Of a stretch of 64,000 nt of DNA, positions 56,387 to 64,000 are shown piece by piece. The notes under the pieces are model-generated. The model saw nothing but the letters and a program-made list of their open reading frames with translations, was not told the origin of the DNA and did no database searches. The stretch is from a bacterium. Lineage in GTDB: Bacteria > Cyanobacteriota > Vampirovibrionia > Gastranaerophilales > JAILCC01. Numbering within the stretch: position 1 is the stretch's first letter; the number at the start of each line of letters is the position of its first letter. The translations under genes and the position numbers were made by a program. The stretch lies in the NCBI GenBank assembly GCA_024680555.1, contig JAILCC010000018.1:49174-113173 (forward strand), written 5' to 3'.

Positions 56387-56526
56387 TGAAAATGCTCGAA
56401 CCTGTGACCAAAATGCGGACAAGCCGCATTCCCTCACAAGTTCGGGAAGTCGAGCCACGCCCCTCGCACAAATTTTTGCTATTTTTTTTAAAAAAAGATA
56501 TAATTCAAGCAAATGGAGTGAGAATT

Positions 56527-57564
56527 ATGTTTGAATATTTTAAATTTTCTTTTATTACAACTGTAGTCGGACTTACGGCAGCATATTTTTGGGGAAACTA
56601 CAGAGTCCCTGGGTCAGGATTTATGGCTTTGTTTATCGTATTTGTGCTTGCCGTATTGGAAACCAGTTTATCGTTTGATAATGCAGTTATAAATGCGACT
56701 AAACTTGAAAAAATGTCCAAAGAATGGGAGCGCAGATTTTTGACTTGGGGCATAATAATAGCCGTATTTGGTATGAGATTACTATTCCCGATTTCAATTG
56801 TTTCTATTTTTGCAAATCTGCCGTTTTGGGAAACTGCAAAAATTACGCTTACGGATGTTGATAAATATACATACTACCTTCACCAAACACATGCACCTGT
56901 ATTATTTTTCGGCGCTGCATTCCTTTTGATGTTATTTTTCCATTATTTCTTTGATGAAAAAAAGGAAAATCATTGGATAAAATGGCTTGAAAAACCTTTG
57001 TCGCATTTGGGACATATCCAAGGCATAGAAACCGCTTTGACTCTTATAACCATTTATATTTTTCAAAGCATGCTTCCTGCCGAAAGTAAACTCCCTGTAG
57101 TGTTGGCGGCAATTAACGGTGTAGTGTTGTATTTGCTTGTACATGGCTTGAGCGAATGGATGAATTCGCACCAGCCCAAGGCTGAAAACTCCGCTATTAA
57201 ACAAAGTTTCAAAGCCGGTTTGGTGTCATTTTTATACCTTGAATTGATTGATGCATCATTTTCTTTAGATGGTGTGCTTGGCGCATTTGCATTGAGCAAA
57301 GACATTATAATTATTACTTTGGGGTTGGCTATCGGCGCAATGTTCGTCCGCTCGTTTACTATTATGCTTGTAGAAAAGAAAACCCTGAAACAATATGTAT
57401 ATCTTGAAAACGGTGCGCACTGGGCAATTGGAGTCTTGGCATTTATAATGTTTTATTCAACCCTGCAGGAAGTTCCCGAGGTCGTAACAGGATTAGCAGG
57501 GCTTGTTTTGATTGTCTGGTCGTTTATTTCTTCAATGATAGAAAACAAAAAGGTAAAAGAATAG
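56527..57564 (+). CDS. TerC/DUF475-family integral membrane protein
   Basis: 'VLAVLETSLSFDNAVINA' and a second 'LELIDASFSLDGVLGAFA' repeat, multiple TM helices. Start at the ATG after the GGAG RBS (the track ORF's N-terminus reads through tRNA-Val). Confidence 0.8.
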   Translation: MFEYFKFSFITTVVGLTAAYFWGNYRVPGSGFMALFIVFVLAVLETSLSFDNAVINATKLEKMSKEWERRFLTWGIIIAVFGMRLLFPISIVSIFANLPFWETAKITLTDVDKYTYYLHQTHAPVLFFGAAFLLMLFFHYFFDEKKENHWIKWLEKPLSHLGHIQGIETALTLITIYIFQSMLPAESKLPVVLAAINGVVLYLLVHGLSEWMNSHQPKAENSAIKQSFKAGLVSFLYLELIDASFSLDGVLGAFALSKDIIIITLGLAIGAMFVRSFTIMLVEKKTLKQYVYLENGAHWAIGVLAFIMFYSTLQEVPEVVTGLAGLVLIVWSFISSMIENKKVKE

Positions 57565-57648
57565 TTACATCTATATGCTTTTTGTTTGAAGTTTTAATAT
57601 TTTCGTCAGATAATATACATAGAATACGTATTTATTTTGGAGAAGAAT

Positions 57649-58788
57649 ATGAAAAAAAACAAACCTAAAGTCGCATTTCCGCACGTCGGAACGATGTATA
57701 TAGTATGGGAATCATTGATAAAAGGCTTGGGCGGAGAAGTTGTCGTTCCTCCGTATAGCAGTAAAAAAACTTTGTCTTTGGGAACAAAATATAGCCCTGA
57801 GGCTATGTGTCTTCCGTATAAATTGATTTTAGGAAACTTTATTGAAGCGATTGAACATGGCGCTGATACGGTTGTTATGATTAGTTCTCCCGGAATATGC
57901 AGACTTGGTGAATACGGCAAAACAATGAAAAATGCACTCAAAGATATGAATCTTGATGCGAGATATTATGATTTTGACCTATACAAAGGCAAATTGAAAA
58001 TTATGTACGAGGGTTTGATTGAACTTACCGGAGTCAGAAATCCTTTCAGAATAATTCATTCACTCATTGTCGGCTTGAAAAAAATCTTTGTATTGGACAG
58101 GCTTGAAACGTATCATTCATACTACAGAGCGAGAGAAATTCACCCAGGTGATACGGAAAAAGCGTTTAAAAAAGGTTTAAAATTGATAGAAAATGCTTTT
58201 ACGCTTAAAGAGCTTAAAAAAGCCGAAAAAGAAACAATTAACGAAATGAAAAAGGTAAAAATTGATGCAAACAGAGAAGTTCTGAATGTTGATATTACTG
58301 GTGAGATTTTTATGGTGCTTGATCCGTATTCAAATCAATATATAGAAAGAGAATTGGGCAGGCTCGGAGTTCAAACAAGAAGAACTCTTACAATAAGCAG
58401 TTGGATGAAGGATGCTATTATTCCGAAAATTTTTGTTAAAGGAGAAACTCACCTTCAACGTTCGACAAGGTTGGCAAAACGCTATTTGACACGTGATATT
58501 GGCGGCGACTCTATTGAAGCTATAAGTGATATTATCAATGCAAATGACAAAGGAACAGACGGAATTATTCACATTTCTCCGTTCACCTGTATGCCGGAAA
58601 TCATGTCTCAAAACATATTCCCGACTATGCGTAAGGACTGTAAAATCCCCATTCTTCCCTTGATTATGGATGAGCAGACTGGTAGAGCAGGCTATATAAC
58701 AAGGCTTGAAGCTTTTGTTGACCTGATGAGAAGAAGAAAAAGAATTCTTCAAAATAATCAAGCTGACGGAGAAACCGTAAATGCCTGA
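57649..58788 (+). CDS. Acyl-CoA dehydratase activase-related protein (DUF2229-like)
   Basis: 'KVAFPHVGTMYIVWESLIKGLGGEVVVPP...SPEAMCLPYKLILGNFIEAIEHGADTVVM' matches the DUF2229 pattern as I recall it. GGAG RBS. Confidence 0.65.
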   Translation: MKKNKPKVAFPHVGTMYIVWESLIKGLGGEVVVPPYSSKKTLSLGTKYSPEAMCLPYKLILGNFIEAIEHGADTVVMISSPGICRLGEYGKTMKNALKDMNLDARYYDFDLYKGKLKIMYEGLIELTGVRNPFRIIHSLIVGLKKIFVLDRLETYHSYYRAREIHPGDTEKAFKKGLKLIENAFTLKELKKAEKETINEMKKVKIDANREVLNVDITGEIFMVLDPYSNQYIERELGRLGVQTRRTLTISSWMKDAIIPKIFVKGETHLQRSTRLAKRYLTRDIGGDSIEAISDIINANDKGTDGIIHISPFTCMPEIMSQNIFPTMRKDCKIPILPLIMDEQTGRAGYITRLEAFVDLMRRRKRILQNNQADGETVNA

Positions 58789-59989
58789 GTTGTTGATGCC
58801 GGCTGGCAACCTTGAAAAACTTGAATATGCTGTTACGTATGGGGCTGATGCGGTATATCTCGGTATGGTTGATTTAAGCCTGAGAAGTATGAAATCAGGC
58901 GAAATTATAGACGAATTCAATATCAAATCTGCAGTTGATACGGCGCACAAACTTGGCGCAAAAGCTTATATGACGGCAAATATTTTTGCATTTGATGAAG
59001 ATATTGAAATTTTGAAAAGAAACCTCAATTTGATTAGAGAGGCAAAACCCGATGCGATAATATTTTCCGACTTTGGTATAATGAATGTTCTAAAAAAAGA
59101 ATTGCCGGAAATACCTTTGCATGTGAGCACGCAGACAAATATTTTAAATACTGAAGCCGTTAAATTTTGGCAAGATATGGGTGCAACAAGAGTAATTTTG
59201 GCAAGAGAACTTTCTTTGGAACAAATTGCGAAAATCAAGAAAAATGTTCCGGATATCGAAGTGGAAGTGTTTGTGCATGGAGCACAGTGTATGTCTTTTT
59301 CAGGAAGATGCTTGCTTAGCGATTATATGACGGCAGATGAGCGCAAAGCCAACCACGGAAACTGTGCACAACCTTGCAGGTGGAATTACAAGCTACTTGA
59401 GGAAACTCGTCCCGGTGAATATTATGACATTACCGAATATGATAAAGGAACAACAATTTTAAGCCCGAAAGACCTTTGCCTGATAGAATATATTCCACAA
59501 TTAATTGATGCGGGTGTAGACTCATTTAAGGTTGAGGGACGAACAAAAAGCACATATTACGCTTCTTGTGTGGCAAAAACGTACAGAATGGCTATTGATG
59601 AATATTTGAAGAAGGGCACATTTGACAAAGATTTTTATAAAAATGAGCTCTGGAAAGTTAGAAACAGAGGCTATACAACGGGGTTTTTCCTCGATAAATC
59701 GCAAAAAGGCAATTATACATACGCAAAAGAACCGTCAGATATCGGAAACACATTTTGTGTACAAATCCTCGGTAAAGAAGAAAAAGGGTATAAAGCACTT
59801 ATTAAAAACAATGTTGATACCTCGGAAACGTATGAATTTGTCTCCCCCAAAGACCAATTTTCAACGAAGTTGGTGAAAATATTTGACGAATTCGGCAATG
59901 AAGAAGATAAGGCAACAACAAACGACATTGTATATTTGACGTTTGAACAAGAACCCATTGAATATTCTCACGCTTTATTGAGAAAATAA
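58781..59989 (+). CDS. Peptidase U32 family protein
   Basis: 'ELLMPAGNLEKLEYAVTYGADAVYLG', Cys cluster 'GAQCMSFSGRCLLS...HGNCAQPCRW', 'FKVEGRTKS'. Overlaps the upstream gene by 8 nt. Confidence 0.85.
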   Translation: MPELLMPAGNLEKLEYAVTYGADAVYLGMVDLSLRSMKSGEIIDEFNIKSAVDTAHKLGAKAYMTANIFAFDEDIEILKRNLNLIREAKPDAIIFSDFGIMNVLKKELPEIPLHVSTQTNILNTEAVKFWQDMGATRVILARELSLEQIAKIKKNVPDIEVEVFVHGAQCMSFSGRCLLSDYMTADERKANHGNCAQPCRWNYKLLEETRPGEYYDITEYDKGTTILSPKDLCLIEYIPQLIDAGVDSFKVEGRTKSTYYASCVAKTYRMAIDEYLKKGTFDKDFYKNELWKVRNRGYTTGFFLDKSQKGNYTYAKEPSDIGNTFCVQILGKEEKGYKALIKNNVDTSETYEFVSPKDQFSTKLVKIFDEFGNEEDKATTNDIVYLTFEQEPIEYSHALLRK

Positions 59990-61180
59990 TTATTTTGCGT
60001 AGCTATATGGGCTTACAGGTTTACCGTTTACACGGACTTCAAAGTGCAAGTGTGGTCCTGTCGAGTATCCTGTTGAACCGGAACGTGCTATAACCTGACC
60101 TCTCGAAACCTTTTGCCCTTTTGCAACACTGTAACTGGACAAGTGGGCATACAATGTTGATAAGGGTTGACCTTTATAAATACCGTGGTCAACGATAACA
60201 ACCTTCCCGTATCCGCCATACCAGCCGACAAAGGTTACAACACCTGAGTTGGAGCATTTTACTGCTGTTCCCATAGGTACGCCGAGGTCAACACCGGAGT
60301 GGAACTTTCTTGTGCCGAATATTGGGTGTGTTCTCCAACCGAAAGGACTTGTTACAGGTCCGTGAGCAGGCATGATGAAATCTGATGTCGTAGTAAATCT
60401 TTCGGATTCTTTAACATTTTTTGCGTTAGAACGCAGCATTTTTTCCAATTGTTCGGATTGTTTTGCCAATTCATTTTCGGCTCTTTCGTACGTTTTTCGG
60501 TCCGTTTGAAGTTTTTTAATCAAACTCTGGCTTATTGAGATATCCTGCGCAATTTTGTCTTTTTTGCTTTGAATACGAGCCATTGTATAGAGTACATTTT
60601 GTTTTTGTTCTTCAATTTGTGAAGTGTAAGTGGATAAAAGGCTTATTTGTTGCTTTAAATCTTTTAACTGTTTGGCATCCTGTTCAGTAATTCTTTCTTG
60701 ATAATATATTTTATCAAGCATAGAATTTATGTTTTCTGCCATAAAAATTACATTGAGAAAGCTTATTCTTTCACCTTTATAAATCTCTCTAAGCCTCTTG
60801 CCGACGGCAATTTGGTCACGATTGTATTTTGCGGTGGCATTTTCCAAAGAGTTTTGTAAATTTGCCAGTTTCTTTTTTGTTTGCTCCAAATTTTGTGTTG
60901 TAATTTCCAGTTCTTTCTTGGTTATTTCCAAATTTCCTTGGCTTTTATAAAGTTGATTTATTTCTTTGGCTTCTTTTCTTTTAAGTTCTCGGATTTTTTT
61001 CTTTGTGTCATTTCTTTGGACATCAATATTTTGTTTAACGTTGTTTATTTTATCCTTGGAAACTTTGCCGCTTACGGCCTCTTTGTAAGTAGTAGAGTAT
61101 GCGCAATTGGCAATGTTTATCATGAAAACAAACATTACAAAAAGCGTAAAAATTCTCTGTATTCTTTTTATTAAAGGCAT
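59990..61180 (-). CDS. M23 (LytM-type) peptidoglycan endopeptidase with N-terminal coiled coil
   Basis: Signal/TM N-terminus, long coiled coil, 'HSGVDLGVPMGT' and 'GSTGYSTGPHLHFEV' catalytic motifs. Confidence 0.87.
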   Translation of the reverse strand: MPLIKRIQRIFTLFVMFVFMINIANCAYSTTYKEAVSGKVSKDKINNVKQNIDVQRNDTKKKIRELKRKEAKEINQLYKSQGNLEITKKELEITTQNLEQTKKKLANLQNSLENATAKYNRDQIAVGKRLREIYKGERISFLNVIFMAENINSMLDKIYYQERITEQDAKQLKDLKQQISLLSTYTSQIEEQKQNVLYTMARIQSKKDKIAQDISISQSLIKKLQTDRKTYERAENELAKQSEQLEKMLRSNAKNVKESERFTTTSDFIMPAHGPVTSPFGWRTHPIFGTRKFHSGVDLGVPMGTAVKCSNSGVVTFVGWYGGYGKVVIVDHGIYKGQPLSTLYAHLSSYSVAKGQKVSRGQVIARSGSTGYSTGPHLHFEVRVNGKPVSPYSYAK

Positions 61181-61209
61181 ACCCTCAATCCCAAACGATT
61201 ATCTGATTT

Positions 61210-61317
61210 TTAGCTGAATAATAAAGGCAATAATGCCATACCTACCATCCAAAATACAAATACTACAGCTATAAATAATATAATCGGTTTTTGGTGATTT
61301 CTAAAAAATTCTAACAT
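61210..61317 (-). CDS. Possible 35-aa single-TM mini-protein
   Basis: My translation: MLEFFRNHQKPIILFIAVVFVFWMVGMALLPLLFS. GGGAGAG RBS 5-7 nt upstream. Confidence 0.3.
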   Translation of the reverse strand: MLEFFRNHQKPIILFIAVVFVFWMVGMALLPLLFS

Positions 61318-61440
61318 TTATACTCTCCCGTATAATTTTCCTTTAACAATATAATAAATTAAAAATTGTATATTGGCAAACCTCAAGTACAAGATTTTAC
61401 ATAATACCACTGCTCTTGCATTTCGTGCTAAAATCTTGTT

Positions 61441-63144
61441 ATGAATTTTAATAAGAATTTAAAAACATTTCAAAAATTTTTATCATCTAACGGAGTTGAT
61501 TTTGCGCTCGTGTTTTCTAATGACGAGTTTTTGAAAGAATGCTCTGACCTCAATTCAAATGCAAGATATTTGTTGAGCGGCTTTACCGGCACGGCAGGAG
61601 ATATGCTCGTTTCACCCCAAGAAGCTTTCCTTTTTGTTGACGGCAGGTATCATATACAGGTTGATGAACAGACTGACAAAAATTTAATTACTCCGATAAA
61701 ACTCAAAATGGGTGAACGAAGAAATGAAAAAATTGCTGAAATCATAAAAGAAAAAAAGGTTAAAAACCCTAAAATAGCTTTGGCTTCATCAAAAATTTCC
61801 GCAAAGAGTTTTGAAATTCTAAGAGCGGATTTGAAAAGTGTTCAACCAAAGTATATTTTGGCGGACGAAGATGAGGTTTGTAAAAAATTTGAAATAAAAA
61901 ATAAAAAAAATGTTTATAAAGTCTGGCAGGCGGGTATAAAGCAGGTGGGTAAAAGTACTGCACAAAAGCTGAAAGGACTGAAAAAATATGAAAGCGATTG
62001 TTTACTGGTTTTTGCAAATGATGAGGTTTGCTACCTAGGTAATATTCGTTCGGACCAAAATCCTTATTCTTCTTCATTGAGTGCGTTTGCGCTCATCGGA
62101 GGGGGAATTGTTCAGCTGTTTTGCGATAAAAATAATATCCCAAAATCTCTTTTGGATATTTCAAAAGAGGTTGTTTTTCGTGATTTTTCGGAGTTTGAAA
62201 AGTCTGTAAAAAATATAAAATCAACAATTTTTTATGACGCAAATCAAACCCCGCTTTTGTATGTGAAAAAACTTGAAAGAGCAAAGAAAACAATAAAAAT
62301 TCTGGATAAGAGTCCGATTGCGAAAATGAAATCGCAAAAAAACAAAACAGAACTTGCTTATATCAGTGAATGCTACCGCAAGAGCGATATTGCGCTCAAT
62401 CAGGCAATAAACTTTTTGCAGGAAAAAATATTAAATAAAGAAAAAATTACTTGCGGCGATTTTATGGAAAAACTCTTGAAATTACAAAAAGCACAAGGTG
62501 TTATCGGGCTTAGCTTTACCCCGATTTTTGCCTTGAACGAGAGAAGTGCAATTATTCATTGTACCGAATATGATAAAAATGTCGTAATTAAAGACGGAGA
62601 TTTGATTTTATTGGATTTCGGAGTTTATTTTGAGGGCGGATATGCAACCGATATGACAAGAACATTTGCAGTCGGCAAAAAATACGGTAATGAACTTATG
62701 AAAAAAGTTTATACAAGTGTATTGAAGGCATTTTTAAATACTTTAAATTATCCCATAACAAAGGAAACGAAGTTTTTTGACCTTGATAAAAAAGCCAGAG
62801 ATATTATTAAAAGAGCCAAAATGCCTGATTTTAATTTTAATCACGGCACAGGTCACGGTATAGGGTTAAATGTTCATGAAATGCCGCCGACACTTTCACC
62901 GTCTAAACTTGCGCAGAAAAAATTAAAAGCCAATATGGTATTTTCTATTGAACCCGGAATGTACAAAGAGGGTGTGGGCGGAGTCAGATTAGAAAACTCG
63001 GTATGTACGATAAAAACTCCAAAAGGAATAGAAATAAAAACCTTAACGAATTTGCCTTTTGACGAAAAACTTATTATTTTAGATATGTTGACGAAAAAAG
63101 AGAAAAAATGGCTTTCTGATTATCAGGCAGGTGTTGTAAAATGA
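61441..63144 (+). CDS. pepP: Xaa-Pro aminopeptidase (M24B)
   Basis: Creatinase-like N-domains plus the M24 motifs 'DFG...YATDMTRT', 'HGTGHGIGLNVHE' and 'SIEPG'. Confidence 0.85.
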   Translation: MNFNKNLKTFQKFLSSNGVDFALVFSNDEFLKECSDLNSNARYLLSGFTGTAGDMLVSPQEAFLFVDGRYHIQVDEQTDKNLITPIKLKMGERRNEKIAEIIKEKKVKNPKIALASSKISAKSFEILRADLKSVQPKYILADEDEVCKKFEIKNKKNVYKVWQAGIKQVGKSTAQKLKGLKKYESDCLLVFANDEVCYLGNIRSDQNPYSSSLSAFALIGGGIVQLFCDKNNIPKSLLDISKEVVFRDFSEFEKSVKNIKSTIFYDANQTPLLYVKKLERAKKTIKILDKSPIAKMKSQKNKTELAYISECYRKSDIALNQAINFLQEKILNKEKITCGDFMEKLLKLQKAQGVIGLSFTPIFALNERSAIIHCTEYDKNVVIKDGDLILLDFGVYFEGGYATDMTRTFAVGKKYGNELMKKVYTSVLKAFLNTLNYPITKETKFFDLDKKARDIIKRAKMPDFNFNHGTGHGIGLNVHEMPPTLSPSKLAQKKLKANMVFSIEPGMYKEGVGGVRLENSVCTIKTPKGIEIKTLTNLPFDEKLIILDMLTKKEKKWLSDYQAGVVK

Positions 63145-63905
63145 ATGAAATAACGAGCATAAATAACGAACTCATAAAATCTGTTGCAAAATTATCACAA
63201 AAAAAATACAGGGATGAATCAGGGTTATTTATTATAGAGGGCGAGAAAGGTGTTGAAGAAGCGATTGCTTCGGGGTTGAAATTAAAGGATATTTTTATAA
63301 ATAAAACTAATGAAAAACTTATAAAAAAATACGAAAAATATCAAATAACGTTAGTAAATGAAAAAATTCTCGAAAAAATTACGGATGCAAAAACCGCACC
63401 AGATATAGCTGCAACTGCGGAAAAACTTGAAAATAAAATAAATTTATTGCCCTCCCAAAACAGTGCCGTTTTGTTATTGGAAAACATAAAGGATGCAGGC
63501 AATCTCGGTACTGCAATAAGAACTGCCGCTGCCTTTAATATGGACGGAATAATATTATTGGGCGATACGGTTGATTTATATTCCCCCAAGGTTGTACGCT
63601 CAAGTGTAGGGTATTTATGGAAAACTCCGATATATAAAACAAATGATTTCAGCGAAGTTCGCCGTTATTTTAAAAATCACAAATTTTATGCAACAAGTGT
63701 TGATAAGTCTTTGCCCTTAAAACCCTTAAAAAATGCCGATATAAAACAACCCTGCGTAATTATGTTTGGTTCTGAGGCTTTTGGGTTAAGTAAAGAGGCA
63801 GTAGAAAAATCGGATGTTTATGTCACAATACCAATAAAGGGTGATATTGAATCTTTGAATTTAAGTATTTCTATAGGAATTGTTTTGTATGAGTTTAAAA
63901 GATAA
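63141..63905 (+). CDS. TrmH/SpoU-family RNA 2'-O-methyltransferase
   Basis: 'LLENIKDAGNLGTAIRTAAAF', 'IMFGSEAFGLS' and 'IPIKGDIESLNLSISIGIVLYE'. Overlaps the pepP stop. Confidence 0.85.
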   Translation: MNEITSINNELIKSVAKLSQKKYRDESGLFIIEGEKGVEEAIASGLKLKDIFINKTNEKLIKKYEKYQITLVNEKILEKITDAKTAPDIAATAEKLENKINLLPSQNSAVLLLENIKDAGNLGTAIRTAAAFNMDGIILLGDTVDLYSPKVVRSSVGYLWKTPIYKTNDFSEVRRYFKNHKFYATSVDKSLPLKPLKNADIKQPCVIMFGSEAFGLSKEAVEKSDVYVTIPIKGDIESLNLSISIGIVLYEFKR

Positions 63906-64000
63906 CGAAAAAGATTTTATTGACAGATTTTTTGATTACTGCGACACTTACAAAGAATCGGGCATAAGATTTTTTGCCATAATTATATGTTTCTTTTTAC
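63889..64000 (+). CDS. Start of an unidentified ORF running off the window
   Basis: ATG at 63889 overlaps the trmH-like 3' end by 17 nt. MSLKDNEKDFIDRFFDYCDTYKESGIRFFAIIICFF... stays open to the window end. Confidence 0.3.
   Translation, partial: MSLKDNEKDFIDRFFDYCDTYKESGIRFFAIIICFFL

Noticed and set aside
54183-56400. Interpreting the tRNA cluster region as an integrated genomic island or prophage remnant
   Set aside because: There is no integrase, recombinase, phage or transposase gene, and no 3'-end tRNA direct repeat of the usual att type. The observations are kept only as tRNA-fragment findings.
56354-56526. yybP-ykoY (Mn2+) riboswitch upstream of the TerC/DUF475 gene
   Set aside because: TerC-family genes often carry this riboswitch. 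I could not find its conserved core (GGGGAGUAG... / ...UUGACAUA-like segments). The region is instead occupied by tRNA-derived fragments. An Infernal scan would settle it.
56293-56526. N-terminal 78 codons of track ORF 56293..57564
   Set aside because: This part of the frame reads through tRNA-Val, its terminator and the tRNA-like relic. The TerC-like protein starts at the RBS-preceded ATG at 56527.

Overview
This is an AT-rich, gene-dense chromosomal segment from a diderm bacterium. The gene content (DevBCA/MacAB-TolC-type exporter, orphan OmpR/RpaB-like regulator, YggT/Ycf19, many pilin-like genes) suggests a non-photosynthetic cyanobacteria-like (Melainabacteria-type) or similar gut lineage. 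That placement is a guess, and no homology search was possible.

About 60 protein genes are almost all housekeeping:
- Translation: metG, valS, infC-rpmI-rplT, rpmG-secE-nusG-rplK-rplA, rpsT.
- Replication and repair: dnaE, ruvC, recR, ybaB.
- Cell envelope and division: the dcw genes rsmH-ftsL-ftsI-murE.
- Other core functions: rel, uppS, rdgB, nagA, groES/EL, ispG, secA.
- Four tRNAs: Trp-CCA, Ser-CGA, Pro-GGG, Val-GAC.

I found no transposase, integrase, cas, phage or known defence genes.

Leads the ORF track does not explain:
1. Three promoters match the sigma-28 (FliA) consensus TAAAGTTT-N11/12-GCCGATAA. Each drives an orphan ORF (180, 57 and 47 aa; the last two fall below the 60-aa track cutoff). 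The window has no flagellar structural genes.
2. A modular, GC-rich repeat family bounded by terminal inverted repeats (a 107-nt X unit and a ~134-nt Y unit) occurs at four loci. It always sits just downstream of, and in the same direction as, a gene end.
3. Between divergent tRNA-Pro and tRNA-Val lies an orphan ~413-437 aa ORF bounded by tRNA 5'-fragment copies. These include three 91-bp tandem units that each begin with the first 13 nt of tRNA-Val.
4. An orphan two-gene operon at 30.9-32.2 kb encodes a coiled-coil protein and a Gly/Ser/Tyr-rich glycine-zipper protein. It is wedged between the repeat array and a structured leader.

My best candidate for an undescribed system is the 29.8-32.3 kb block: the sigma-28-driven Q-rich gene, the repeat array and the orphan operon. 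The tRNA-fragment-bounded orphan locus at 54.5-56.5 kb is second. All functional readings of the orphans are inference.
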